The translations under genes and the position numbers were made by a program. This document shows, in pieces, positions 24,937-34,934 of a stretch of DNA of 64,000 nt. Position 1 is the stretch's first letter. Each line of letters starts with the position of its first letter. Under the pieces are notes generated by a model. That model worked only from the letters and a program-made list of their open reading frames with translations. It ran no database searches and was not told the origin of the DNA. The stretch comes from a virus (taxonomy: Duplodnaviria; Heunggongvirae; Uroviricota; Caudoviricetes): the IMG/VR virus record IMGVR_UViG_3300011399_000001, positions 1 to 64,000 of that record. One strand, written 5' to 3'.

Positions 24937-26490
24937 ATGGCAATTCAAACAATCCCAGGTCTAACTGGTTTTACCTACGCTAGGGTAGCTTCAATGGATA
25001 AACGTGCAGTGGGTAAACTCACTGACTCTAACCACTTAGAGAGCTTTCACTCTACAGAGCCTGCTGATTATGATAAGAAAATCATAAGCTTATACACACA
25101 GAGCTCATTGTATAGCAACGACTTTTTGGATATGATTAACAAATCTATTCCTTACTACATTGATAACAACAGTGATAGCTGGAAGTGGGATGTTAATGTT
25201 CCATATAAGTTTCCTAAAATCATTGCTATTCCAACTTCAACATCTGATAATACAAAGCCAGGTATTGATGGACAAGAATTCCAATTAGTATTGGACACTG
25301 CGGAATTCTCTAAAAACGCGATTCTTTCAATAGGAGATCGTAGATATGGTCCTCAAGTTTCTGTAGCAAAAGACCCTCTTCCTTGGAATTCAGGTTTCTT
25401 GTATACATTTACATTGGTGACAGACAATCCTATGGTGGACTTTGTAAGCCCTACTTATTTAAAGGTGGGAATCGAGGTTCAGTTGATTAGTGCGTCTATT
25501 GGGGAATTTGACCAAGACCTTTTAGGATTGCCACGTTTAGGAGAGAAGATTACAATGTTCGAATCTCTTGGAAGTGCATTTGGTTATGAGCACACTATCA
25601 CAAAATGGGCAGATGAAAAAATGCTTCGTAATGCTGATGGACAAGCTTTGGATATTCTGGTATATGCTCCTTCTCGTAGAAATCAAATGCCTCTTAAACG
25701 TAATGATGTACGTTGGGAGCCATTCATTGAGTTCTGGATGAGAAAATCAATGCTTGAATTGAAGGTGAACAAGTTCATCTGGGGTAAAGCAGGTACAGTG
25801 AAAACTAATGGCTCCAAGCAAGAATTGAAGCGTCTTTCTGATGGTGTATACCAAAGAATGCGTAACAACGGAAACTTGGTACAATATAACAGAGGTGAAT
25901 TCTCTGCCAATTTAATACGTGCAGTCTTCGGAGATTTGTTCTATCGTAGGGTGGATGTTAAAGACAGACGTGTAAAAATGTACACTAATGAGGCAGGTTT
26001 TGATACCTTCCAGCAAGCTCTGAAGGATGATGCTCTGAATTCAGGTTTAACACTGGTTGCTGATAGTGGTGAACGTTATATCCAAGGTGCAGGTCAACAT
26101 CTAACATACAATTGGGCGTTTGATTCAATGGTGACAAGGGAAACTGGACGTGTAGACTTAGTACACTTAAAAGAGCTAGACCTTCCTCAAACAAACCTTG
26201 AATTTGGTCAGAATAAGAAAAGCACACCTGTATTCTTCGTATTTGATGTGTCTCCTTCTAGTGATGGAAGTTTGACAAACAATATTCGTGAAGTACGTAT
26301 GAAGGGAGCCCCTTCTATGACATGGGGATATATTGATGGACGTCAATCTCACTTAGGACACTTTGCTTCTAAGGGAATGCAATCAGCCAACAAATTCCCA
26401 GGCTATACATTGTGGATGGAAGACAGATGTGATATTTTCATTGAAGACCTTTCTCGCACAGTTCTCATAGAAGAGATACCTCAGTTCTAA
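24937..26490 (+). CDS. candidate major capsid protein (517 aa)
   Basis: Position after portal/scaffold, size, high-expression codon usage and a very strong terminator immediately downstream; no fold-level check was possible. Confidence 0.5.
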   Translation: MAIQTIPGLTGFTYARVASMDKRAVGKLTDSNHLESFHSTEPADYDKKIISLYTQSSLYSNDFLDMINKSIPYYIDNNSDSWKWDVNVPYKFPKIIAIPTSTSDNTKPGIDGQEFQLVLDTAEFSKNAILSIGDRRYGPQVSVAKDPLPWNSGFLYTFTLVTDNPMVDFVSPTYLKVGIEVQLISASIGEFDQDLLGLPRLGEKITMFESLGSAFGYEHTITKWADEKMLRNADGQALDILVYAPSRRNQMPLKRNDVRWEPFIEFWMRKSMLELKVNKFIWGKAGTVKTNGSKQELKRLSDGVYQRMRNNGNLVQYNRGEFSANLIRAVFGDLFYRRVDVKDRRVKMYTNEAGFDTFQQALKDDALNSGLTLVADSGERYIQGAGQHLTYNWAFDSMVTRETGRVDLVHLKELDLPQTNLEFGQNKKSTPVFFVFDVSPSSDGSLTNNIREVRMKGAPSMTWGYIDGRQSHLGHFASKGMQSANKFPGYTLWMEDRCDIFIEDLSRTVLIEEIPQF

Positions 26491-26499
26491 TATTACATA

Positions 26500-26545
26500 C
26501 AAAAGACCCTATCCCCTTCACAATGCTGAGTGTGAAGGGGGTCTT
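26500..26545 (+). terminator. strong rho-independent terminator after the candidate capsid gene
   Basis: CCCCTTCACA-ATGCTGAG-TGTGAAGGGG with extended pairing and TCTTTT. Confidence 0.65.
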
Positions 26546-26623
26546 TTACAAACTTGATTATTCAGGTATGGAGTGGTTCAAATCCACAATCAAGTTCTTA
26601 AAACTAACAATAAATAACTACAT

Positions 26624-27595
26624 ATGAGTAAGAATGGAAAGATTTCTTCTATTAAGAAGGACTACACAGGTAATAATAACAACCTTACAATGAAGAATGG
26701 ATTAGCCCAAAAAGGTTATTCTAGGATTCCTGGAACAGGAGTTTTTAAATACCCTTACAAGGACCTTGATGGTAGATATAGAACAGGACTTGATGATACA
26801 GCTCCTTATATTGATAGAATAGCTGATACCGTTGAAAGAGACCTTGAAAGAAAAAGAGTGAAGCAACTTAAAGAGAAACTTGAAAGAGCTTTTGGTAAAA
26901 TTGATCTTTCTCCAACTTCTGAATTTTGGAATGGGTCTTTGGCTAAGTCTCAAAATGACACCAAGCACGTACAACCTATAAAACTGATGGATGGAGATAA
27001 TTTATTTGATTTCTCTAGTCCAATTCAAGAACTGGCTTTTGCATGGTTAAGGGTTCACCCCACTATTGCCTCTTCTCTCCAAGCATATGAAAGAGGAGAA
27101 TATCCAGCAGAAACAATGTTTTATGTAGTTGATGATGCAGTTGAAACTAATGTTTTGAATAATAAGAAAAAACTTATTAACAAAGCCATTGTTCAATTGG
27201 AAACTATGAGTGTTGAGAAACGTAAGAAAGTAGCTAGACAGCTCGGACTTCCAGTAACTGATGATACAGGAGAACAAGAAGTTTACAATTTGATAGATAA
27301 TGTTTTAAAACAAACAGAATTTAAGAATGGTAAACATATGGGCTTGGACCCTGTAAAAGTGTTCACCACTTATGCAGGAATGCAAGAACAATTGTTACAT
27401 GTAAAAGATGTGGTAAAACAGGCACTTCTACACTCCATCCTTCGTACAAAACAGGGAGGTAAAGTGTTTAAAGGAGAATACGAAATGGCAACTGATGAAG
27501 ACGTTTTAGTTAAATTCCTTATGAATGAAGAACATCAAACTGACTTACTCACATTAGAACAAGAATTAAAAGGTAAAAAATTAGCCTCTGTATAA
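26624..27595 (+). CDS. virion structural protein, unknown function (323 aa)
   Basis: ORF track; located in the head/neck module. Confidence 0.5.
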   Translation: MSKNGKISSIKKDYTGNNNNLTMKNGLAQKGYSRIPGTGVFKYPYKDLDGRYRTGLDDTAPYIDRIADTVERDLERKRVKQLKEKLERAFGKIDLSPTSEFWNGSLAKSQNDTKHVQPIKLMDGDNLFDFSSPIQELAFAWLRVHPTIASSLQAYERGEYPAETMFYVVDDAVETNVLNNKKKLINKAIVQLETMSVEKRKKVARQLGLPVTDDTGEQEVYNLIDNVLKQTEFKNGKHMGLDPVKVFTTYAGMQEQLLHVKDVVKQALLHSILRTKQGGKVFKGEYEMATDEDVLVKFLMNEEHQTDLLTLEQELKGKKLASV

Positions 27596-28326
27596 TGATT
27601 CCAGTAGATAGTTTACTATATAAAATAGACCAAAAGCTAAATAAACTATCTTCTAACGAACATCAACAGATTGCACTTGAAGATAAAATATTAGCTTTAA
27701 ACGAAAGTCAAATAAAGCTGATAAAGCAGAAGGTGGACGGTTTCTCTGTTCCCTCTGGACTTGGACTAGATGCTTTTAGAAAGCGCTATGAAGACCTAGA
27801 GATATTTATAGAAACTTATATAAAGCACCCTCTTGAATTAGAACTAAAAGACCCTAATTTATATCAATATAATGCCTCTTTAAAGGAACTTACACCTGAA
27901 TGGATGTTTTATATAGACTCCTACATTTTGGCAACAAAAGGGAGATGTAAGAATAGAATGATAAGGGTGAATAGGGATTTGGAAAAGCATGGAGATATTT
28001 TAATGCTTTTAAACAATGACCATTATAAGCCCTCATTTGAATATCAGGAAACTTTTAATACAATATCATCTGATGAAATATCAATTTATACAGATGGTAC
28101 TTTTACACCAAATAAAATCTACGTTTCATATTTACGTTATCCTGCATATATAGACAAAGAGGGGTATGTAAAACTAGATGGAACTCCTTCTAAAGATCAA
28201 GACAGTGAATTAGAACTGTATTTAGAAGATGAATTAGTTGATTTAACAGTGCAGAATTTAGCAATGTATACAGAAAATACTGCTGCTGCTCAAAATGCAC
28301 AATTTAGAATACAAACAAACGAATAA
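27595..28326 (+). CDS. virion structural protein, unknown function (243 aa)
   Basis: TAATG overlap with the upstream gene. Confidence 0.5.
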   Translation: MIPVDSLLYKIDQKLNKLSSNEHQQIALEDKILALNESQIKLIKQKVDGFSVPSGLGLDAFRKRYEDLEIFIETYIKHPLELELKDPNLYQYNASLKELTPEWMFYIDSYILATKGRCKNRMIRVNRDLEKHGDILMLLNNDHYKPSFEYQETFNTISSDEISIYTDGTFTPNKIYVSYLRYPAYIDKEGYVKLDGTPSKDQDSELELYLEDELVDLTVQNLAMYTENTAAAQNAQFRIQTNE

Positions 28327-28346
28327 ACTTTAAACAAAAATAAAAA

Positions 28347-29507
28347 ATGTCTGATTTCTCATTAACAACCCTGTTTGTTAGTCCAGTAGGAAATACTCTA
28401 CCTAGCTCTGGATCAACACAAGACCTCACAGCAGGTCAATTTGGGATTTTTAGGAGCTCCTACTTGTATGCAGATGCAGGTAATATTGCTGCTAGTCCTT
28501 ACTTTTACATAGCTCAAGGTAGAACTAACACTTATTTACAAGGAACTAAACGCTCTGATAAAATCGCAGGATGTATTACAGGAAACGTCTGTAAGACAAA
28601 TGTTACTGAATTTTATAAGGTGGTTGGTTGCTCAACTCCTGCAACACAGGTAACTGATGTTTCTGGTTTTGAAGTAAAATGTGGTGATATTCTAACATTA
28701 ACTCTGGTAGCTCACTCTTCTTACATTGACACTCTGTATTTTAATGGACTTACACGTTCAGTAACAGTACAAGCTCCTTGTTGTGATTGTGGCGCTGACC
28801 CTTGTGATAATGTTGATGTACCTGCTCTTATTGATGAACTTGTATTAGCTCTGCAAGCTGGTGCTCCTGGTATTGGTCCAGATAACCTGTTGCTGACAGA
28901 CTTCTTCCAATTCCAAAGAATTGGTAACGATGCTAGTGCCATCCTTCGTATTTCTGGTAAAGCTTTAACAGCTTATGCACAACCTTGTGATGTAGCAGCT
29001 TTCCCTCAGGAATATGATAGAATGTGGTTTAGAACATTCGTGTATTCAGGTCCTGCAACAACTGCTGACTTCATTGTAGCTGACGATTGTAATATTGTAG
29101 CAACAGCAACAATCACACAACGTGCAACATATGCTACAGGTACTTCTGAGGAAATTAAGCAACTTGAAAAGAATTACTATTCATATCAAGCTGGTTATCT
29201 GAAGCATTTGTTCAGAATGGCTGGTTACAATGGAAACTTTGAATCATGGGTAACCGATGGTACATTGTATGACACCTTCTATATTAAGTTCAATGCATAT
29301 GACAAATCTCAATATCAGTGGGGTGATTATATTGAACAAGATTCAATGGTGATTATTGCTGTACCTCAAGCACAAACTGCTGCTGTAGAAGCAATTCTTG
29401 AAGCTGCTCTTGGTACTGTTACTGAAGACAATGCTTGTATCACTACAACGTCTACAACGACTACTGTATGGCCTACAACTAGCACTACTTCAACGCTGAT
29501 TCCTTAA
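28347..29507 (+). CDS. abundant structural protein with a Thr-rich C-terminal tail (386 aa)
   Basis: C-terminus TTTSTTTTVWPTTSTTSTLIP; followed by a strong terminator. Confidence 0.5.
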   Translation: MSDFSLTTLFVSPVGNTLPSSGSTQDLTAGQFGIFRSSYLYADAGNIAASPYFYIAQGRTNTYLQGTKRSDKIAGCITGNVCKTNVTEFYKVVGCSTPATQVTDVSGFEVKCGDILTLTLVAHSSYIDTLYFNGLTRSVTVQAPCCDCGADPCDNVDVPALIDELVLALQAGAPGIGPDNLLLTDFFQFQRIGNDASAILRISGKALTAYAQPCDVAAFPQEYDRMWFRTFVYSGPATTADFIVADDCNIVATATITQRATYATGTSEEIKQLEKNYYSYQAGYLKHLFRMAGYNGNFESWVTDGTLYDTFYIKFNAYDKSQYQWGDYIEQDSMVIIAVPQAQTAAVEAILEAALGTVTEDNACITTTSTTTTVWPTTSTTSTLIP

Positions 29508-29527
29508 TCAGATTTTAAACAACACTC

Positions 29528-29564
29528 GAAAGGGAGGGAGTAAAAAACTTCCTTCCTTTTTTTA
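29528..29564 (+). terminator. rho-independent terminator (12-bp stem AAAGGGAGGGAG/CTTCCTTCCTTT, loop TAAAAAA, T-tract)
   Basis: Seen directly. Confidence 0.65.
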
Positions 29565-29580
29565 TTTAAACTAACTTATA

Positions 29581-30144
29581 ATGGCTGATTTGAATTTAGA
29601 CATATTAGTAATTCCAACATACAATACTAAGACATTAGGAGTGGCTGATATTTCTACCTATCCTGATAGTCCTCCAGTACAAGCCCCCACTATAGAAATC
29701 ACTGTTCCTGGGTTTGGTATAGTTTCTATTCCTTTTGTTCCTAATGATTTTAATGTATTTAATTCTACTTCCCTAGAGCTTACGGCTGTAGGAGAAGACC
29801 TTCTCCCTATTCCTGATGGGGTATATACATTAACTTATTCTGTAACTCCTGCTTTTGAAAACTATGTTACAAAAACTATTATAAGGGTGGAGCAATTACA
29901 GGAAAAGTTTGATGAAGCCTTTATGAAGCTGGATATGATGGAATGTGACTTAGCTATAAAGAAACAGTCAAAAGTAGAACTCTCCACAATATATTTCCTT
30001 ATACAGGGATCAATAGCTTCTGCTAATGAATGTGCAGTAGATGTAGCAAACAAGCTTTATTTACAAGCAAGTAAAATGCTTACCAATTTTATAAACAATA
30101 ATTGTGGGTGCTCAGGTACAAATTACGTAACTAATTTCGTTTAA
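29581..30144 (+). CDS. tail/virion protein, unknown function (187 aa)
   Basis: ORF track. Confidence 0.5.
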   Translation: MADLNLDILVIPTYNTKTLGVADISTYPDSPPVQAPTIEITVPGFGIVSIPFVPNDFNVFNSTSLELTAVGEDLLPIPDGVYTLTYSVTPAFENYVTKTIIRVEQLQEKFDEAFMKLDMMECDLAIKKQSKVELSTIYFLIQGSIASANECAVDVANKLYLQASKMLTNFINNNCGCSGTNYVTNFV

Positions 30145-30146
30145 AA

Positions 30147-30281
30147 ATGGCTAAGTGCAAAGATTGTCATATACCTGTAGAATGTGGCTGTCAACTTATA
30201 CAAGGAAGATGTTCAGCTTGCAATTATACATATCAACAGAGTTTAAAACAACAAAAGAATGCTAACGTACCGCCTAAATAA
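30147..30281 (+). CDS. Cys-rich mini-protein (44 aa; below the track cutoff)
   Basis: My own translation gives MAKCKDCHIPVECGCQLIQGRCSACNYTYQQSLKQQKNANVPPK. Confidence 0.3.
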   Translation: MAKCKDCHIPVECGCQLIQGRCSACNYTYQQSLKQQKNANVPPK

Positions 30282-30525
30282 TTGTGTAGCTTGTACAACA
30301 ATTCCTGTTCTTCTACAGAACATTGATTGTAAACTAGCGAATTTGGCTAAAGTTCAATATAACAATATAGTATTGGCTTTAAACAATAATGCAAAACCTG
30401 ATGTAATGTCAGACCTTTTGAATTACAAGAGGATATTACAATGTAAAGCATGTAATGCAGATTATGCATCCTGTTATTCTGTAGAAGAAATAGCAAGTAA
30501 AGTAAAAATTTTAATTCATAAATAA
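30259..30525 (+). CDS. Cys-rich small protein (88 aa)
   Basis: CVAC ... CKAC ... C cysteine pattern. Confidence 0.4.
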   Translation: MLTYRLNNCVACTTIPVLLQNIDCKLANLAKVQYNNIVLALNNNAKPDVMSDLLNYKRILQCKACNADYASCYSVEEIASKVKILIHK

Positions 30526-30533
30526 GAAAATCA

Positions 30534-31661
30534 ATGGCATGTAGTAATTGTTATAATGGATGTACAGAAATAACTTCAGATCAATGTGTTAAATACACAG
30601 GAGTAGATGTTCCTGTATTAGGGATATTGAAAGGAGACTCTCTTTCTTATGTAGAGCAGGCTCTAATTACATTTCTTACAGCCACTTTAAATGGTAGTGG
30701 TATTACAATAGAAATAGATGAAGACTTGTATTGCGAACTTGTGTCTCAATATCTTCAAGAATGTTCAACAGTTACAGCTATAGACCTCTTTAAAGCTTTA
30801 GTGCAGGCAGCTTGTAATTTACAAGAACAAGTAGATGCTATAAATGCAGAACTTGACACATTAAATGCAGACTATACAGTAGGTTGCTTAGATGGAGTAG
30901 TTGCTTCCGATGACACCCATACTATTCTACAGGCTGTTATTACAAAGCTGTGTGAAATAGATGTAGACTTGGCAGCTCTGACAATAGATGTAGAAACTAA
31001 TTATGTTAGAATATCTGACATAAATGATTATATTGCTGCTTATTTAGCAGATCAAGCTCCTGCAACTAGATTTTACACAAGAATGGTGCCCTACTGCCCC
31101 ATTCCTTATGTAGGTTCTCTTAGCTTCTTTGATGCTACAGGTGCTGGTTTATCAGGCACAGAATGGGAATTGATATACTTATGTAACGGTCTTAATGGTA
31201 CTCCTGACATGAGAGGTAGAGTACCTGTGGGTGCTATTGTTGGTGTCCCTGGAGGTTCTATGGATTCTGCTGTAGACCCTGCTTCTGATCCTACATTCAA
31301 TCCTAATTATGCTGTAGGAGGTATTGGAGGAGCAAATAAACAAACTTTGACTATCTCCCAAATGCCTGTTCATGCTCACGGTGTTACAGATGCTGGTCAC
31401 TCGCACAAAGAATTTGCAGATGAAGCAATATCTGATGTATCAGACCCTGATGTTACATCCACTACAGCTCCTGCTAGAGCTTTAAACGATGGAGTAAATG
31501 AGAATAATTATGACATAAAAGCTTCTATTCTTTTAGCTGCCACATTAGGACAATCTAGCACACAAATAACAGGTATCTCTTTAACTAATACAGGAGGAGG
31601 AGCTGCCCACCCTAATATTCAGCCTGTTTTAGCCACTTATTATATAATGTATATTCCTTAA
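30534..31661 (+). CDS. tail fibre protein with a phage tail-collar domain (375 aa)
   Basis: LCNGLNGTPDMRGRVPVG ... GGANKQTLTISQMPVHAHG matches the phage tail-collar signature (CNG...LPDLRGR.P.G ... MP.H.H); Cys-rich N-terminus. Confidence 0.7.
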   Translation: MACSNCYNGCTEITSDQCVKYTGVDVPVLGILKGDSLSYVEQALITFLTATLNGSGITIEIDEDLYCELVSQYLQECSTVTAIDLFKALVQAACNLQEQVDAINAELDTLNADYTVGCLDGVVASDDTHTILQAVITKLCEIDVDLAALTIDVETNYVRISDINDYIAAYLADQAPATRFYTRMVPYCPIPYVGSLSFFDATGAGLSGTEWELIYLCNGLNGTPDMRGRVPVGAIVGVPGGSMDSAVDPASDPTFNPNYAVGGIGGANKQTLTISQMPVHAHGVTDAGHSHKEFADEAISDVSDPDVTSTTAPARALNDGVNENNYDIKASILLAATLGQSSTQITGISLTNTGGGAAHPNIQPVLATYYIMYIP

Positions 31662-31665
31662 AAAT

Positions 31666-31989
31666 ATGGGAAAATGTGTTCCAGGAACTCCTTGTTACAG
31701 AGGAAATGACGTAATAGTTTACACCACCTACCCTAGGGGATGCACAAGCTCTAGTAATAATTGCTCAACCTCCCCATGTACTTTTCCCATCTCTTCTGAC
31801 AACCTCTCTTATACAGGCCCTAATTTACCCTATACAGGCATTCAAACAGATGACGACATTACTACTGCCTTACAGAAGATAGATGCTCTATTGTCCTCAG
31901 AATCAATATTTGACCTATTCATTACAGCCATTGATAACAACCCTACATTAAAAGCCCTATTATGTACAAAGATAGGAGAATGTCCTTAA
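31666..31989 (+). CDS. Cys-rich small protein (107 aa), possible fibre accessory/chaperone
   Basis: Eight cysteines; directly follows the fibre gene. Confidence 0.45.
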   Translation: MGKCVPGTPCYRGNDVIVYTTYPRGCTSSSNNCSTSPCTFPISSDNLSYTGPNLPYTGIQTDDDITTALQKIDALLSSESIFDLFITAIDNNPTLKALLCTKIGECP

Positions 31990-32024
31990 AAATAAACCAT
32001 AGGTTGTTGGTTTCCTAGGGTTTG

Positions 32025-32052
32025 ACCCTCAGATCAAAAGTCTGGGGGTTTT
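32025..32052 (+). terminator. rho-independent terminator (CCCTCAGA-TCAAAAG-TCTGGGGG plus TTTTT)
   Basis: Seen directly. Confidence 0.6.
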
Positions 32053-32126
32053 TCGTTTATAATGAGTTTAATTATTTCATCTAACTAAATTGATTAAATT
32101 AATTTGGTATTTCAGAAAATAAGCTA

Positions 32127-32134
32127 TATCTTTG
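32127..32134 (+). promoter_or_regulatory. TAnnTTTG element (TATCTTTGTATTAG) about 30 nt upstream of the 32164 start
   Basis: Recurring motif. Confidence 0.4.
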
Positions 32135-32163
32135 TATTAGAATTGTAACTAAACTATGCTTAA

Positions 32164-33381
32164 ATGGCTATAAATGACGAACAATTAGAATCCCTTAAAG
32201 GGATGTTAGGTTGGAAAAAATCAAAATCCTTATATGCCACCAAATTAGGGGTGACATTAAATGAACTAGAAGGATTATTAGAAGAACTTAGAAATCAGGA
32301 AAAACACGAAACTTTGGAAGAATTAGACCAATTTGAAAGAAAAGTGAATGTTGAAAAAGGAATCATAGAAAGTGATGTTATTGTGGACTTTGAACCTAAA
32401 ACAATAGAAGAGCTTGCAAAATTACATAAAATTGATTTAAATAAATACAAAATATCTACCTATTGGAGCAAGTTAAAATCTAATGGGAAATTCACTTCCT
32501 CTGTGTTAGCATCCCTTAAAAGACCAACAGATTATACATTAGAAGACTTTACAAAGTTTTTAAAGGATTATAAAATTGAAAAACACCCATGTACTTGTAA
32601 ACCCTTGATAAACAAGGGATTAGAAACAGTAGATGTTGAATTAAATATTGCAGATTTTCACTTAGCCAAGAAAACTTTCGAAGGTGATAATTTAGCCTCT
32701 AAAGAGCTTGACTATTTCTTTACAGTGAATGACTTAGTGGGTAAGATTAAAAGGAATTACAATATTGGTAAACTGGTATTTCCAATAAGTAACGATTTCT
32801 TTCACACAGACAACTATCAAAATTCAACTACAAATGGTACTCCACAAGATGTAACAGCTTGGTATGATGAGGAATATGAGAAAGGATTTGATATATTGGC
32901 TAATACTATTAATTTTCTGGTTACACAGGCTAAGGAAGTGGAGGTTATATTAGTACAAGGAAACCATGACCGCACTAAAGGATTTTTTGTAGCACATGCT
33001 TTAGAAGTGTTTTTTAAAGGATACAAAAACATCAAGTTTCAAAGAGAACATTCTGTTACAAAATCTGTAGTATTAGGGAATACGTTTATAGGCTACCATC
33101 ATGGAAACAGTTGTAAATTAACAGACCTTCCATTAATATTTGCTACAGGAAAAGATGCCTCTAATTTTGGTAATGCTAAATATAGAGAAATTCATACAGG
33201 TGATAAACATCACTATATGGCTAAGGAAGTACAAGGAGTAAGAATCCAACAAATGCCTTCCCTCTCTAAAACTGATAGATGGCATAGAGATAATAATTTT
33301 GAAAATAAAGTACACGCTGCACTAGCTCTTGTCTACCATCCTGAACAAGGTAAGATATGTGAGTTTGAGGTTCGTTTGTAA
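32164..33381 (+). CDS. calcineurin-like metallophosphoesterase (405 aa), Mre11/SbcD-like motif order
   Basis: DFH (motif I), NDFFHTD (motif II-like), VQGNHD (motif III GNHD), GYHHGN, HTGDKHH. Confidence 0.5.
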   Translation: MAINDEQLESLKGMLGWKKSKSLYATKLGVTLNELEGLLEELRNQEKHETLEELDQFERKVNVEKGIIESDVIVDFEPKTIEELAKLHKIDLNKYKISTYWSKLKSNGKFTSSVLASLKRPTDYTLEDFTKFLKDYKIEKHPCTCKPLINKGLETVDVELNIADFHLAKKTFEGDNLASKELDYFFTVNDLVGKIKRNYNIGKLVFPISNDFFHTDNYQNSTTNGTPQDVTAWYDEEYEKGFDILANTINFLVTQAKEVEVILVQGNHDRTKGFFVAHALEVFFKGYKNIKFQREHSVTKSVVLGNTFIGYHHGNSCKLTDLPLIFATGKDASNFGNAKYREIHTGDKHHYMAKEVQGVRIQQMPSLSKTDRWHRDNNFENKVHAALALVYHPEQGKICEFEVRL

Positions 33382-33383
33382 TT

Positions 33384-34007
33384 ATGTACTATCTCTACAG
33401 ACATATAAGATTAGATAAAAATGAACCTTTTTACATAGGTATTGGTAAAGTTAATTTAAATAATGAGTATTCTATAGATTCTGAAAAATACAGAAGAGCT
33501 TATAGTAAAATAAATAGAACTTTATATTGGACAAACATAGCTAATTTAACTCCTTATGAAATTGAAGTATTATTCGAAACTGATAATAGAGAAGAAATAG
33601 TACAAAAAGAGAAAGAATTCATAAAACTATATGGTAGAAAAGATTTAAACTTAGGTTCTTTAGTTAATATGACAGATGGAGGAGAAGGAAAAGAAGGGAT
33701 AAAATTATCAGAAAGTACCAAAACTAAAATGTCTATTTCTGCAAAGAAAAATATAAATGCAGAAAGAAAACAACAATTAGTATATCAATTAAATAGAAAT
33801 CATTCTACTAAGGGTAAGTTTGGAAAAGACCATTGTAACTCTATAAAAGTATATCAATACGATCTAGAAGGAAATTTTATTAAAAAGTGGAACAGTTTGA
33901 TGGATATTAAAAGAGAATTAGGGTATGAATTATCACATATTTCTCAATGTATAAATAACAAGAGAAATAAGACCAAAGGGTTTAAATGGTCTAAAGAACG
34001 ATTATAA
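33384..34007 (+). CDS. GIY-YIG homing endonuclease (207 aa)
   Basis: N-terminal YYLYRHIRLDKNEPFYIGIG (GIY...YIG); basic C-terminal DNA-binding region. Confidence 0.7.
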   Translation: MYYLYRHIRLDKNEPFYIGIGKVNLNNEYSIDSEKYRRAYSKINRTLYWTNIANLTPYEIEVLFETDNREEIVQKEKEFIKLYGRKDLNLGSLVNMTDGGEGKEGIKLSESTKTKMSISAKKNINAERKQQLVYQLNRNHSTKGKFGKDHCNSIKVYQYDLEGNFIKKWNSLMDIKRELGYELSHISQCINNKRNKTKGFKWSKERL

Positions 34008-34008
34008 T

Positions 34009-34734
34009 ATGGCAACATTAAGAAATTTAGTATCAACTGTAAGGAGTTCTCATAAACTTCTATCAACCGATGGTCTTTTGACGGATAGGGCGATAGCAGC
34101 AGAAATAAAAAACTCCACTTTCTTACTTGTAAAGAGAGAAACAAACCTTAGGAAGCTATGGGCTACAGATACTATTTTTACTACAATACAATGTATGGAC
34201 CTTATAGAAGTCCCTATTTCAGAATGTTGTGATTACGTAGACCCTTGTTCTGTTAGCAGAACCAAACTTAAACTCCCAAGAATTTCCGAAGGAAACTACC
34301 AATATCTTATACAGGGGGTATGGACTATTAATGCTTTGAGTGGAACTGCTAAAAGAATAGACCCTATTACAATAAATAGATATATAAACCTTTTAAAGCT
34401 TCCAATTATAAAGAATAAAATTTATTATTGGATAGCAAATGGTTATTTGTATACAAACAATCCCTTCCTTAAATCTATCAGACTTGCAGCTTTCTTTGAG
34501 GAAGACATTCCTAATGAATTACTATTTGGAGAAGAATGTTGTGGAAAAGTAGTATCAGATGAAGAGTGGTGTAAAAACCCCCTAGACAAGGAATTTGGTC
34601 TCCCTGGCTATTTAGAAAAACAAGTGTTAGAATTAGTATCTCAAAAGCTTTTAAATACATATTTTCGCTTAAAGACCGACCTCACTACAGACGGAGTGGA
34701 TGGTCAATCCCTTAATACAAAACCAACTAATTAA
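34009..34734 (+). CDS. virion/tail protein, unknown function (241 aa)
   Basis: ORF track. Confidence 0.5.
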   Translation: MATLRNLVSTVRSSHKLLSTDGLLTDRAIAAEIKNSTFLLVKRETNLRKLWATDTIFTTIQCMDLIEVPISECCDYVDPCSVSRTKLKLPRISEGNYQYLIQGVWTINALSGTAKRIDPITINRYINLLKLPIIKNKIYYWIANGYLYTNNPFLKSIRLAAFFEEDIPNELLFGEECCGKVVSDEEWCKNPLDKEFGLPGYLEKQVLELVSQKLLNTYFRLKTDLTTDGVDGQSLNTKPTN

Positions 34735-34934
34735 TGACCTCTGATGAAATTGCTCATTTATTAAAAACTCTTCCTAAAAGAATGTTCAATAAAAATGATG
34801 AAGTTTGGAGAAAAGCTTTTATTGAATATACTATAGATACAGAAAATAAACTAGGAATGGGATGTAACTCTTGTTATTATAAAGTATTTTCTCATTTAAA
34901 CCAAAAATATAAATCTCTTGAGAGTAGTAGTTGA
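34734..34934 (+). CDS. hypothetical small protein (66 aa)
   Basis: TAATG overlap with the upstream gene. Confidence 0.35.
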   Translation: MTSDEIAHLLKTLPKRMFNKNDEVWRKAFIEYTIDTENKLGMGCNSCYYKVFSHLNQKYKSLESSS

